From: Bigelowiella natans CCMP2755
Lineage: Eukaryota; Protista; Cercozoa
NCBI GenBank assembly: GCA_000320545.1
Contig: ADNK01001639.1
Coordinates: 1 to 64,000 of the forward strand
DNA: 64,000 bases
Direction of reading: 5' to 3'
In this document: in pieces, positions 24,745-37,971 of the stretch
Numbering within the stretch: the first letter of the stretch is position 1
How the letters are laid out: each line of letters opens with the position of its first letter
Notes under the pieces: generated by a model
Told to the model about the DNA's origin: nothing
Seen by the model: the letters and a program-made list of their open reading frames with translations, nothing else
Database searches by the model: none
Program-made: the position numbers and the translations under genes

Positions 24745-26527
24745 GGCCCAGCTGCCTCCGCAGCTCCAGCTGCCTCCGCTGTTGGCTCAACTACCTCGGG
24801 GAAACGGTCAACCAATTTTCTCTTGGGCAAATTGCTTTTACTGGGCTGTTGGCTGTATGTGTTTGTGTGTGCGCTCGAATTCATGTGCGCCCAATTTGTG
24901 TGCGTAGATGTTCGTTTTTGCTTGTGTCTTTGTCGAGTGCCCATGTGAATAGAGGAGCCTGTGCATGAGGGGTGTGTGTTCGGTGTTTGTCCTCGCGATG
25001 GTGTTCTCCACGCTGATGGAGATTTTGCATGTTTTTCCAAGAATGCACCTTCATGTATACGGCAACTCATGACTTGTGATGGTTTGTCGTAACAACACCA
25101 GTATTAGCGATGATTTTAGTCGTCAAATCCTCAAAGAATTCAGGGCGATGCTAAGCGCAGGAGCGGTGTGGATTCATTAGTGTTGTAGGAAAAATAACAA
25201 TAAGAGAAACAGCATTTAACATAGATGAACCCCCCCCCCCCCCCCCACACACACATACATACACATACACATACACATGGGGAGGGAGGGGGGGGGGATA
25301 AATACAAACACAAACATGCTGACGGAACATATGTGTACACCTTGCGAAAATGACTTTCAGGCGTATGGTTACCTAAACACCGATGGATCATTCCAGAGTA
25401 ATTTCATAGCCTATCTTTCTCAGGAGCATATCGTCCTTGGTAAAGTGATCTTTGACAATATTATTTCAAACTCCAACATACCACTTGCAATCTGACCTCT
25501 TCCATTGTCTCTCGTACTAAAATAGGAATGTTCCTCGCCCATCCGCAGCATCCATTCAGTCGTATGGAACGTGTGGCTTACTTCATCAATTCCTTATTGT
25601 GGCTATTCTTCCTATCAGCACTCTTCAGTGTTACTGGTGTGAAATGATTCTAACCATCATTAGTATTATCACTGCCAGAATCCGTCACTGCTACTACCAT
25701 CCTAATCATACAATCCTTGCTTGTTTGTTTCTTATAACTTTTTCATTACAGATCTTGAATGGGCCCTCTCCTCGTTTATTGTCATGTTGCTTACCATGCC
25801 ATACAACATTATATTGCGCGCATTGATGGAATGCAGCTGCTGCGTACGTCATGAAAGGGTATGTGAATCTTCGCGCTTCAACAACCAAAATCAAAAAGAA
25901 TATACGATACGAGCACATTAAAGCTGATCCTCACTCTAATTCTAAAGCTCGAAGAAATTGGCGAGATGGCTGGGTATTCAGTGATGTGCGTGTTCTCCTG
26001 TGGTAATATACATGTCCTAATGCCTCATCTCACCGCTTTCGGCTTTGATTCTTACCAGATTCTCATCGCCTGACAGGTTCCATCCTCTGGTTAATTCTTG
26101 GCGCAATCTTTGCTGCACACTCTGGAAATGGATTCGTGGGTTCCTGGATCCTAGGACAATTTATGTCGTGGACTTTCTCCGCTTTCCAATACCTATTTTG
26201 GACATGGTGGAGTATGAAAAGCTCCAAGGTAGCATCTTTTATTATTTCATGGATTTGTTTATGACAGATTGTTCAATACATTGTCAGGAAAAATTCGATG
26301 AGTTGTGGGGAGAAAAGGGTGAAAATCTTGTGAACTACGGACAGGTCAACTATGAGGCGCATTTTGTCCTAGGTGCAAAGATAACTTATACTTTACTAAA
26401 TTCGTAGGTCGCTGCACTGGCGCCGGGTCCTGCTGCGGGTGATGCGTTTCATATACGTGAATGGAACAATGCTTTTGAGCTCAATGATGCAGTCATTAAA
26501 CCTGGATGTTGGGCTCTAAATCCTTAA
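24709..26527 (+). CDS. Hypothetical multi-exon gene with many very short exons
   Basis: Start MKPMQSVVGTVVGPAASAAPAASAVGSTTSGKR. Series of AG..GT bounded micro-exons, e.g. AYGYLNTDGSFQ and EKFDELWGEKGENLVNYGQ. Terminal exon VAALAPGPAAGDAFHIREWNNAFELNDAVIKPGCWALNP* (TAA 26525-26527). Full phase path not resolved. Confidence 0.45.
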
Positions 26528-26609
26528 ATGAAACATTCGCAGTGCCTTTGTTGCCATTTACTGGCCCTAGTGAGTTTGGATTCTCTCCGTAATCAAGCAA
26601 AGTTTACCA

Positions 26610-27860
26610 TTGCAATGTGCGAATGAGGCATGCATGGCATCGCGTGCATTTCAAAGGGCCCGTTTTTTTTGGCAAAATGAGCCACCACACTTGCCCAGCT
26701 AGCCAGCATGGAAATGAGCATCTTTTTGCTAGCGATGAATGCCACATGTGATGGCCACAGCGGCACCGCACGTGCCTACAAGGCTTAGCCCAGCACAGTC
26801 GTCGTGCACATGTGTCACGATTTCGCAAGGTAGCTCGTGGTCGTCGTCAGGCAGCTCACTGACCCCCCCTCATCACATTGCAGTGCACTGTCAAACGCAC
26901 AAACAACGGGTTGATCGAATGAACGAGCTGCCAACCCGATCCTTCACCCCAATCGAAATGCAAACACCAATGCTGCAATCACTCATGTGAATGGTTGCAC
27001 GATGCAAACAAAGATGATGATCATGATGGCTAGCATGCACGGCACCGCCATGCATCGCCATCGAGCACCAGTCTAGTGCAGTGCACACACTCTTTGTTGG
27101 CGCTTCACATTGCACGCTGCGAGGCCGTTCACGTTGCACCGCGCTGGCGTGCTAGCGTGCACGTTGTGTCTTCGCAACGCGTGCACCACCATGAGAATTG
27201 ACAACGTGTGACAAGTGGACGTGCAGGTGTTGCTTTGTGTGGTTTGGAAACGTGCTCCAACACCAACAAGCGTTGCTAGCTAGCGTTGACCGTGACCATC
27301 GACCTGAACACGACCGGTGCAGGTGCGGTGGCCCGGCAGGCACAAGGAACCGCCTGCTGCACGCCACACACACAGCTTTGAGCTCAGTTCGATCCACGTT
27401 GCACAGCCGTCGCTGAGCACGCACGTGCTAGCGTGAGACGCGTGCTGTGCACACCCACGCTCAGTCGAGTCTCATCGTTCGATGCTCGGACATCACTACT
27501 TCTGCATCATTGCCAGCACGCAAAGTGTGCTCAGAGAAACTGCTCTGTTCGGGTTTTTGGACTGAACGACTCTGCGATGTGCAGTGCAAAACTTCGTCCC
27601 AACCACGACCACGCACCTGCTTGGATTTTGTCTCACCAAGTGAGTTTGACGAAGTTTCAGACTGGCTAGCTGGGGTGATGTGGTCACCATCAAGAACTCA
27701 AGTCAGAAGCGTGGAAGGTCACGCCACAACTCATTGCGGAAAACACTTCTTTGAACACTGCGTTTTTGAGACGCTTCGTCACCACACCACATTCATGGGT
27801 TGACGTGGAGCTTGATCATCCGCAGGGCAGAGTGTGCTCGCTGGCAATCATTGAACGAGC
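26610..27860. other. TpA-depleted intergenic island
   Basis: About 13 TA in ~1250 bp; all 13 are in CTA/TAG context and 9 are CTAG. Spurious ORFs here are Cys/His-rich and Tyr-free. Confidence 0.9.
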
Positions 27861-27950
27861 ACATGTAGCAAAGACAAGAACGATATTCTTCGATAGGCCC
27901 TCGTGTCGTTGATGCCCATTGTGCTGTGTGAGAGCGTTGGAAATTGAGAG

Positions 27951-28135
27951 ATGTTTGCCAAAAAGATGAATATGTTATTACGAAAACATGCTACCCATAT
28001 TTGCCCATTTCGGACAACGACAAGCGGATCCGGACAAGCACAGGAGGGGGACAGCAAGCCTACTCCAGGGCAACAGACAGTGTGTACAGCGATGCAGGCA
28101 TCCTCATCGTCCACGACACCGTCTACATGCCTGGA

Positions 28136-28173
<38 letters not shown>

Positions 28174-29834
28174 ATGCGTATGTACAAAGAATGGAGAAAT
28201 GAGTTTCTACTGTGTGCAACTTGCGTCAGGACTGAAAGGCGTTGTTAAGGCGCAGGGCCGGATCATCTCCATGTTCTACCATTCTCCTTCGTTCCACGCT
28301 CCCATGACCACAATCTGGGTGGCCTCCTTCGGTATGGGGAGAAGTGAAAGAACTTGAAATCATGCATTTTGTCGCTCTTAATATTACTTTTGTCGCTTTT
28401 AGGGGGGGCGCTTCATGCTCCAGTGACTACATTCTTCTACCTTAAGCTTGGTTGTTGTCATTATCGTCGTCGTTGTCGTCGTTGTTGATGATGAAGGGGA
28501 AGAGAAGGATGGGGAAAAGGGATTCATGATGATCATGGTGAATGTTGATTATTGCACCTGCGACAACGACGAAGAGAAGCTGGCTGTGATTCTCACCACA
28601 ACAACATCGAGATCTTCAAACCACAGCTCTGTTAATCGCAAATTTTGAACAGCGCTTACACTAATCTGTTTTATGGATTGTTCCTTTTTGTTGCATGGCC
28701 GTGCACAAAGGCGCGAGCGAAATTGACATAGGTACTATAGATAAGATAGAGTGAGTTCATGTTGCGCGCGTAGGCGCAGTGATACTAGCCTGGAAATGAA
28801 ACTTGATTTATACAAAGGTTGGCTTGCCTTCGTCTCCACCTTTGGATCGTTGATACTCGCTCCTGTTTACGGGTATCTAGAAGAAGAACATCTCTAGGCG
28901 ATGGGAACAAAATTAGCAACTTACATTATTCTAAATATCCTCAAGATGGCTCCTTGATCGAAGAAGCGCTTATGCCGCCGTCTGCTTGTCTTGCCTGATG
29001 TGCTCATCCGGTAAACAGAGTGAGTGAGCGGAGGAAAGATACTACTTGCATCACTTCATACTATACCTAGTCCGTTTCGATCATTACACTACAGGTTGTC
29101 TCATTCGTGGTTTTGCGTGGAGCCTACAATCGCTATTTGTAGGTCGGTGCACACGAGAAACGTCTTGATGATGGGATCTCGATGACAGTGATGCACAATA
29201 ACCGATGACGATGTCGATTCTGATGAAAAAGTGGCGACGAAGATGGTCCTTGCCGTGATGCTGTTTTACATGGTGCTGCTTCATTGGTCAGCGTCGGTAG
29301 TTCTTGGCCTGGGCGCTGGAAGCTTATGGACGACTGTGTTGAGCTATGTGTCGCGTGGCTCACCAAAGGAGATGCGCTCAGCCGTTGTGAGCGGTAATTT
29401 CATACATCGACTGTATATATGATGACACAGATGAAGAGGCGTGCAGGTGGCTGTTCATAATCGCTGTTCCGAACAATTCGATATGATGTGACAGGGTATT
29501 TGCTGCAAGTGACGTCTCTGCGAATTATAGGCAAGAGCTTGTGAGTTACAACCAAGAATAATATTCATTGCCGCTATGAGTAGTAGTAGAAGAAGAAGAG
29601 AAATGAAACCCGTCCTCCGTCTAACCAACTTCCATATTCTACGCCCACATTCTTCAACGTGGTTCTGATGACATAACAGGCAAAAGATGACACTCTCTGG
29701 CACCAAATTATTTATACACTCGGCATGACACATCCCTTATAATTTTCGTCTTCATTTTGTAACTTCTCTTCCTCCCCCCCTGTGTGCGTGGTAGGTACCC
29801 TGCTTGGAACTATCTTGTGAGGGACGGGTAGTGC

Positions 29835-29876
<42 letters not shown>

Positions 29877-30047
29877 ATCATACACGTCATTCGCACCTCT
29901 TTAAACGAAGTTCTTCACTGCCGATTCTCCCCCCTTCTCTTCTTTGTTAGGCTGGGGATCGAGGATGAACTCTTGCGCTACCGCGTGCACATGGGCGTGT
30001 GCACGGTGTTCTGTTTCTTCGGGTTTTTCAAGCTCATCAGGGCAGGT

Positions 30048-30086
<39 letters not shown>

Positions 30087-30092
30087 GTTACT

Positions 30093-30124
<32 letters not shown>

Positions 30125-31983
30125 GGTGGTGGTTATCACGCTCAGGGTATATACAAACCATATGCCGCATGCACGCCGTGAGCCTACTACGCAAGCGGCT
30201 ATCAGTGCCAGACGTAATTGTTCAATTATCATTCACAACCAGGTCGCCACTCATTTGAAGTCCCTGTGGCACCGGTAGTAACCGGGGATCTAGAGGAGGA
30301 CAACACTGCAAGTGAGAAGAAGACGACGAAGCTGCCAAAAAGGCGAGGAGGATCAGACGGCAATGGCGGCGGCGGCGACGATGACGACGAGAATGCTGTG
30401 GAGCTTTCCCTCCTCTCCTCAGGTAGTCCTCTTCAAGATCATGCCCAGGCGGTACAATATGGCACTGACCATTGCCTTCGTTGCCTTCCACCACCGTGTC
30501 TTATGCATCGATGCGTAGGAAGGAGATCGGATAGTGAGGAAGAAAGAACTGTGCCGGAGCAGCAGCAGCAGCAGCAGCAGTCGCCGCAGCGGTCATCGTC
30601 GGATGCGTCCACCTCTGCAGAGGTCACTACAATTGCTTTGCGTATTATTCAGCTGCTGATGATCTTTCTGGCGAGAGGAGAGGACTTCACATAATACATA
30701 GCGACGCGGCACGCACCATGTTCGCATTGCGCCCCGAACCTGCATGTGTATGGCGTCGTTTTCGCGAAGGGGCGCTTCGCTGCTCTTGCTCTTGGGCAAC
30801 CTAGATTATGAGTGCGTTTGAGCTCGAGTAAGAGGCATTTCGTGCTCATCATCAGAGGAACAAGATGGTAATGGGATCGTTCGTGTTGCTGGCGGGCGCG
30901 CTAGTAATCCAGTCGATCGCGTTCACCGTAGGTACTATTCTTTGGCCCTTCTTCGTTCGGTAAGTAAGCGGGGCTAGAAATGCGGGGACGAGGTGGGCAG
31001 AGAAGAAGGGGGATATTGGTGAAGGGGAGAGAGAGGGAGGGGAAATCTGTATTCTGATGGAGACCATGTTTGGAACGTGCTTTGTCTCTAGATGCTTGCT
31101 CTCTGTTGTACGCGTTGTTGATGTACAGTTGGCTGCTAGTATTTGTTTCTCCTCTTCTACCTCCTTCCTCAATATCTGCCACCCTTTCTCCATCCACCCC
31201 TACCACCACCATCGCAGTGATCATTTCTCGTGGGGTACCAGCGAATACTCGATCATTCTGTTCCTCTCCTCACTTGCAAGCACAGCTATGCTAGCCATTG
31301 TCAGTGTGAGCGTGCTGTATTTAGCTTCCCATAGCAGCAGCAGCGGCGGCGACGGCGTTTTATTACTACAATAAAACATCAGCTTACTCTACTGTCTGTG
31401 CTGTAGGTCCCTTTGTGCGCGAAGCAAAGGACTGCGATGAGTGCGTGTATAATAGCTGCGGTGACGGGCGTGGGCGGGTTTCTCTGCCGCGAGTCCTCGT
31501 TATTGAGCAAGTTTTCTCACGTTGCATTCATGACCGTGTTCCTCTCCGCAACGCAGGTAAAGTGGATCGTTGTAATAGCACATATCTCTTCTTTCCTGCT
31601 ATTTATAAGCTGTTCGCACCGCAATATAGGGCGTCGGCCAATGCACCAATTCTATCATCAACCAATCCGTCAATTCGCTTTTGATTCTCAACGCTTTTCG
31701 GTTCGCGCTCCTTTCCCCTGTTTTGGCAGATGCTGGATCCCATCCTCAAGTCGAGCGCAACGTTGTGTATGCCGCAGGTGGCACATGTCCCCCCCCCCCC
31801 CCCCCCCCTCCCGGATTATGTACATGGGATGAAGGGGGGGTCGCAGAATCGTAGATTTTGATTCAATTACGATATGTTCGTGTGTTGCTTGCGTGTGTTT
31901 GTAAGGTCGCGCAAGGACGTTCGTTCGGCGTACTAGCTACTCTGACAGCCATAGGGTATAGTGCTAGGTGACAGTTTGGTTTA

Positions 31984-32042
<59 letters not shown>

Positions 32043-32291
32043 AATGGAGTAGTACCTAGTGCCACCACCGAAGACCCACTTCTCACCATCATCCTGGTCA
32101 CCTTCTCTGTGTTTGTTATTCTCAGGCAAATGGTTGGCAATATAGCAGGCCCTCACCTGTACACTGCGTCGAAAGACAGGGGCTGGGTAGTAATACTACG
32201 AATTGGTGTTGTAGACAACTGGTGTTTGCTTTATATCTAATATTAATACCACTACCGCTGCTGATAACCACTACAATGAAAAGTATACATA

Positions 32292-32329
<38 letters not shown>

Positions 32330-32913
32330 GATAATTCGGTCCCTCTGGTTGCGGTGGGGGCGCTGATGATTTGCGGTTGCGCGATGACAGCGATGGCCAA
32401 GCTAGAAACCGACGTGTGTGTACTAGGCGTTGATGACAATACGCAGAGGAGTAAAGAGCAGCGACACGTATACCTCCTATATAATTTTTGACTCAATGCG
32501 GAAAAACCTTCCTCCATTTCTGTTAGTTCTAATTTATTTCTACCTTTTCTTTTGCAAAGAAGATGAGTGAAACAAGAGTTGATGCTCATTCCATTTCATG
32601 TTTCTTCATCCGTTTCATTTCAGATTTGAGGCGAGATTGAGATAAACTTCTAATTGTATCCATCCGTATAACTTTCTCTCAGCTGGAGGAGTTAAGAATT
32701 GCACGCTACAATCCTCTAATCCCGAAGCGTCTCGATAAGGAAAATTAAATGTTGACTCTTTTCGGTTCGCTTCGGCTTCGCAGACTCAATGTACTCGTCA
32801 CGGAAGCTGGTTGTGCAACGCTGTGAATGTACGGCCAAGAAGTAGATGCTTTATTCATGTGTGCGGCGCTCATTTATCCATCACAGAAGCCAAACAGTTT
32901 GAGCGCGCGCGCG

Positions 32914-32961
<48 letters not shown>

Positions 32962-33086
32962 ATGCGTTCTTATGTGCTTGCATGTGTTTAAAATCACATG
33001 ATGTGCTAAGCCTGTCTAGCTGTAATCGTTGTGCGCGCCCAAATTTACTTGTGATCCTTTGCATCCGCATGCTATTGCGATTATGA
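27951..33086 (+). CDS. Major facilitator superfamily (MFS) transporter, multi-exon; exact start and stop uncertain
   Basis: Spliced helices TIWVASF|GGALHAPVTTFFYLKLG, GWLAFVSTFGSLILAPVYG|WLLDRRS (MFS motif A-like), GCLIRGFAWSLQSLFV|ASVVLGLGAGSLWTTVLSYVSRGSPKEMRSAV, ILWPFFVR|DHFSWG, VAQGRSFGVLATLTAIG|QMVGNIAGPHLY. Confidence 0.8.
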
Positions 33087-33620
33087 CTATAGTCATTCCA
33101 TTTGGATAAATACATCCCCATTGCAGCAGTGCTGTATAGTATGCTTCAAACAGCTCATCATAGCTCATTGACGGTGTATGTGTGCTTTCAAGACACATGA
33201 TCATGTGATGATTGAAGGAATTGTATTCCTTTCTAGCTTTACACACGGTGTCAATTGGGCGCACCGCTTATGACTCATACTTGTAATACCCCACCACTTT
33301 TTTTGTTTTACAAACTAAATTGTGCATTTTCTTCGAGAATCAACCCATCACACACTTATTTGTTCACGCTGATGATATGGGACATCGTCGATTCACGCCG
33401 AATTAAGGGCAGAATGTAGTGTCGTGACGTCACATGTATGTCTAGATGAGCGTCAGTAGCAGCGATGAAGCCCGACTGTGCAAAGGACAAGTCACACACA
33501 TGCATGATGTGAGAGATTGCTTTTCAAATTAAAAGTCCTTGGCGTAGCATATTCAGTTTTCACATGCCTACAAATGATGCAATGATGGATCAAATTGCAT
33601 GGAACTCACGTGGGCTCTAT

Positions 33621-34685
33621 CTAATCGTGTTTTCGAATTTTGAGGCCAGATCGAAACAACTTGAAGGCTTGCCACGCCCTTCTAGCTCTTTCGTAGTCAT
33701 TACGAGGAATCAGTTTGAAGGACCCAAACAGTTTCTCATACATCCACATAATAGAGATAATGGTATCCTTGCTTAGAGACTGGGAGGCTTGGCATATCTG
33801 TGCAAAATTTTGACGAAACTAATGATGAAAATTAAAATTATTCATGATTAGATGACGCATATAGAATAAGTTGATACCTTTTCAGCTTGTTGATGTAACG
33901 GCAATACTTGTCCACAGTTGTTCCATCCAACTACTAAGTGTCGAATGCAACGCCGCTCAAGCCTTTGCAACCCGAACCGGCTAGCAAGTCTGTGTAAATA
34001 AAAGTAACACAGTATGTTTTCGTTGCTCAGGTATGGTAGAAAAACAGTTGTGGAGACTGTTTACTTACAACTTACTTCAACGTGTTCAAATCGACGAGGT
34101 TTTTTCCAATGAGTAGTTCTTCTATGGACTCAACAACAGAATTGACCGAGTACCGGGACGCGAGAAAGAGTAACCCCGTAGCAACAGAGAGAAAATATTC
34201 ATTATTTTCATTGTTTTGTGTAGGAATTAAGTGCGAAACTTTGACAGCCGGATAGAGCGACCTGGTTAGTTACATCAGTACTGAAAGACATTCAATCGAT
34301 GCACATATTCGGTTGGAATCTGTTAGAGTGCCTGTAACAACGCGAAGTTGTTCAATGTTCGGTGTTGGACATGGTACCTGAGAAATAGTTTCCACGATGA
34401 AAGATCGACGTCAGGCCCCTTCAGATCCTCGTCGCAGTTTAGTTCTATGCAGCCTTCATTATCACAAATCAAGTCTCGAAATTTTGCGGAGGCACTGACG
34501 AGCACAAGCTTGTGCGTCTGCAACACCTTCCCACCAACCAAAATGACGAAGTCTTTCTTGATCTCACGCGGTCCAAATCGTATCTCTTTTTCGACTTTAT
34601 TCGATAGGTTTGGTTTTTCTTACGGCTTCACATCAATCTCATGTTCTACTTTCAGTCTCTTTTTCCTCCGCTCTGCTACGTTCAT
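33621..34685 (-). pseudogene. BTB/POZ-domain gene, paralog A, with an in-frame premature TAA (probable pseudogene or null allele)
   Basis: MNVAERRKKRLKVEHEIDVKP*EKPNLSNKVEKEIRFGPREIKKDFVILVGGKVLQTHKLVLVSASAKFRDLI...FLR|SLYP...LFLASRYSVNSVVESIEELLI...K|LASRFGLQRLERRCI...|...SLSKDTII...FGSFKLIPRNDYERARRAW...HD*. Stop at 34620-34622; I found no in-frame intron that removes it. Confidence 0.7.
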
Positions 34686-35755
34686 TGCTGCTCCTGCTTG
34701 GAGAGGTGGTATGCCTGGGCTGACACGCTTGAGCGAACTGTGGGAAGTAGAAGCGATGGCTCAATAGGGCCGTTATACTGAATAGCGGGTGATCGAAGGA
34801 GGGCACAATTCTCTGTCATGTCTGCGGCTCCATCCAAAATCGAACAATTAAGCTTCGTTTCGCGCGGATCGTCCATTATTTCAGGGCATTAAATTTGTCG
34901 ATCTACGTACGCAGTCTCGAAACCATCACAGATAAACCAGATCATAGCTTAATGATGACTAGAAGACGATAACGGGGCTATCATGCCATAGAAACGGAAG
35001 GTGTAACAGCTCTTTCACGGCGCGTTTCGAGGAGTCCAGACGACACATTTTCAAGAAGGTCAAATCATCAAATCACAGATCATGTACCACCTGCACGCAC
35101 ACACGTGATTGTTGACAATGTTGATGCAGAGTTGATGGCGGTCCGAGCATCATCATCAAATTGTGAGAGCACTAGTCTGCGTCACCAGTGTCTACGCCTT
35201 CGATTAATTCGCTGGAAAAATAGGATTTCTCCGCGTGTAATGATCGTGCGACAACCTCTTGTGCATGTCGCGCAAGTGCGTCCCCCGTTGTCGTGTCAGC
35301 GTGCAAATCACAGCTGTCAAAACTACAAGAGACGACGAGCACTCCTTCGGAGATGAAACTCGGAGAATTCTCCGGTGCGACAACACATTCGAATCGGAAT
35401 TCGAGCGTGCATTCGTGAGTCCCGCGCGAAGTGTTCGCGGCAGGTCTTGCGCCAATGCAAGAAACACGGCATCAATGCGTTGTCGCAGGGACAGAACGCA
35501 CGGGCAATCCTTCTTTTCCTGACCCGTCGTCTGTCTGTCGCATCGCTCGTCGAAGTAAAGCACATCAAATGATAGCGCCCCGATGACGATGACGATGACG
35601 GTGACGATGATGATGAGGATGATGACGCTGATTAATGATGACGGGAAGTAACCAGAAATAGCAGACCCAATAATAAAACATACCTCCTTGTCAACTCTTC
35701 CCTGCGAACACACCTAGACTACCACACTTCCTCGTCAACACAAGCCACACTGCTC

Positions 35756-37047
35756 ATGCATCCTTCCACAAGGAAAAACACCCCCAGGAAGCCCCAAAGC
35801 CTCGCCGGCAAGGTGCTCCCGCTTTGTGCATCGACGAACATCGGACTCAAGAGAAGAGCAGCTATTTCGGGGAATGAAAACGCATCTACGAGGAAGAGGC
35901 AGAAACAGAAGGAGGAGGGGGTTGTGAAGGAGGACGAGGAAGACTGCCGTTTCGGCCCCCGAGAGATTCCTACTGACTTCACCTTCCGTGTGGCTGGGCA
36001 TGCATTGAGGACGCACAAACTGATTCTTTTAAGTGTTTCCCCTGTGTTTCGAGCTATGCTGCATGGAGAGGCAGACTGCGAGGAACTGAGCTGCAATGAG
36101 GACGTCAAGGAGCTTGGCGTGGATGAGCACACCTGGTCTATGTTCTTGCAGTTGCTGTATCCTGGCACCCGTCTCCAGGATGTTGTCCCTCTGCATGTCG
36201 ATGGCTGCTTTAGGAAGGAAGTGGTGAATGCGATTCTATACTTGGCTTTTAAATACTCCGTGACCTCGCTTGTTGATAGTATGGAATCGTTGCTTATATC
36301 CGAAAGAAGCCCCGTGGACGTCGATATGCTTCGGTAATTAAAAGCAAAAGAGGAGAAACGTCGTTTCGACAATATAAGTCATTTAAAATATGTTCCTGGG
36401 CCCTTGAATTCAGTTTCTTCTAGAGATGATTAATTCCAACGAATGACGACTACAGTTGAACTTATCCCATCCTCGTCTTATTTCCTCTATAGGATGGCGT
36501 CTCGGTATCACATGAAGAGATATACACAATACTGTATCGAAACTCTCATTCCCGGAGTCATCTATCAAAGGCAGAGCAGTGGCCATGCGAACAGGCTCCT
36601 GTCATCTGGCGTTAGAGATGGCGGAAATGGCAGCTTTGCTAGGGTCAGCACGCACATTTATGTACCCAACGATTAGTGCTTCGCTGAGTATTTGTGGTTC
36701 CTCTTGATAAAGAGCATGTGAATATCAAAATGTTCAATGTGGTACATGACAGTCATCTCACGCTCTTTCTGTCGATAACACAGGAGGTCAGCCTGATTTG
36801 CAAAGAATCGAAGAGCCTTAGCAAAGAGACAGTAGTTGCGGTTCTTCATCGATGCGGCCAAGTCTTTGGGTCCTACCGCCTCGTTCCGCGGCAGGATTTC
36901 GAACGAGCACGTGTCGCATGGGAGATACTCAAGGAGACGACTTCTTCCCGGTTGTGCACAAAATGTCTTGCAGAGGAGCACTCTGTTTCGGAGACTGACA
37001 ATGACCGGGACAGCGATGGCGGCCAAGGCCGAGATCAGCATCATTGA
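35756..37047 (+). CDS. BTB/POZ-domain protein, paralog B (3 coding exons)
   Basis: RFGPREIPTDFTFRVAGHALRTHKLILLSVSPVFRAML (BTB start), LQLLYP, LAFKYSVTSLVDSMESLLI. Introns 36334-36492 and ~36644-36783. C-terminal FGSYRLVPRQDFERARVAW matches paralog A. Confidence 0.85.
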
Positions 37048-37104
37048 AAAACGATGAAGTGTTCTAACGAATCCCCGATAACTGAACGTAGCTGCATGAG
37101 TAAA

Positions 37105-37970
37105 ACTGATTCGCTAGCCATTTGCACAGATCAACAAAAAAGGTTCCGAACTGCCGATGTGTAGTGAGTTCAAACACCGCTGTTCATGATTGTTGTCTTC
37201 CCGTCATCAGTGGGAATCTGGCATTTGCGCTTTGCTGGGATGATCATTAGGTGTTGCGCAATGTGGTTGCATGACACAGTGTAGCTCTTTGTGCTTCACG
37301 AATGGTTGCGTCGTTTGTCGTTCCAGTCCGCGCTGGCCCATGTTTCTTCGCCATGCATGCAATGAGACTTGCACACGACAAGAACGGACAAAGTGCATGT
37401 GCAGTCTTGGCGTTGCAATGAACTTCTGTTGGCTAGCACACGCGTGTGACTCCGCACCGCATATTCTGTCGTTGGCTACGTCTCATTAGCGACATGTTCA
37501 GCGCATGTGTGATGAGAGGTGGCGAGCGCAGAGAAATCATGGCACTGCACACAGCTAGACAGTGGTGAGCACAGCGCGCAGGCACCTGCCTACGTTGCTG
37601 TGCACACGACAGTGCACTTCACGCCATGCACAAAACACCAAGTCGTCGTGCGACGAATCTCTCATTTGATTCATTCATTTTCTAGCGCCACGTAGGCTTG
37701 AGCTCTGATGTACATGTCTTTGCTGTGACAATGATGAGATGAGATCATGCGTGCATGCGGTAGCAGCAGATCATGATCCACAGGAATCTTTGACTACCCA
37801 CTCCGTAGTGACGAGATTGCCTTGTTCAGTTTTGTTGCCTGGTGAAACACATCACTACTCACTGAATGCTACTCGGTCATTGTCATGAAGCCCATCATTG
37901 TGCATTAGAATCCTGTGCGACCTGGCCATATGGCAGACCGATTTGAAGCATGTGCTGAATTGTCACGCTC
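37105..37970. other. TpA-depleted island (intermediate degree) between convergent genes
   Basis: About 20 TA in ~870 bp; 17 are in CTA/TAG context. Confidence 0.75.
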
Positions 37971-37971
37971 A

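Noticed and set aside
24950-25055. Tyr-free, Cys/His-rich reading (EGCVFGVCPRDGVLHADGDFAC) suggesting hypermutation leaking into a gene
   Set aside because: The reading frame is ambiguous (an alternative hydrophobic frame fits the splice phase) and the stretch is too short for statistics.
27848-29050. Possible minus-strand gene with a WHVDG (2OG-Fe dioxygenase-like) motif
   Set aside because: The same bases encode coherent MFS helices with proper splice sites on the plus strand.
35010-35570. Mild TA scarcity between the divergent BTB paralogs
   Set aside because: Several unprotected TA sites persist (GATTAATT, GTGTAATG, GTAAAG). Too weak to call an island, but it could be an exception to the 3'-end positional rule.
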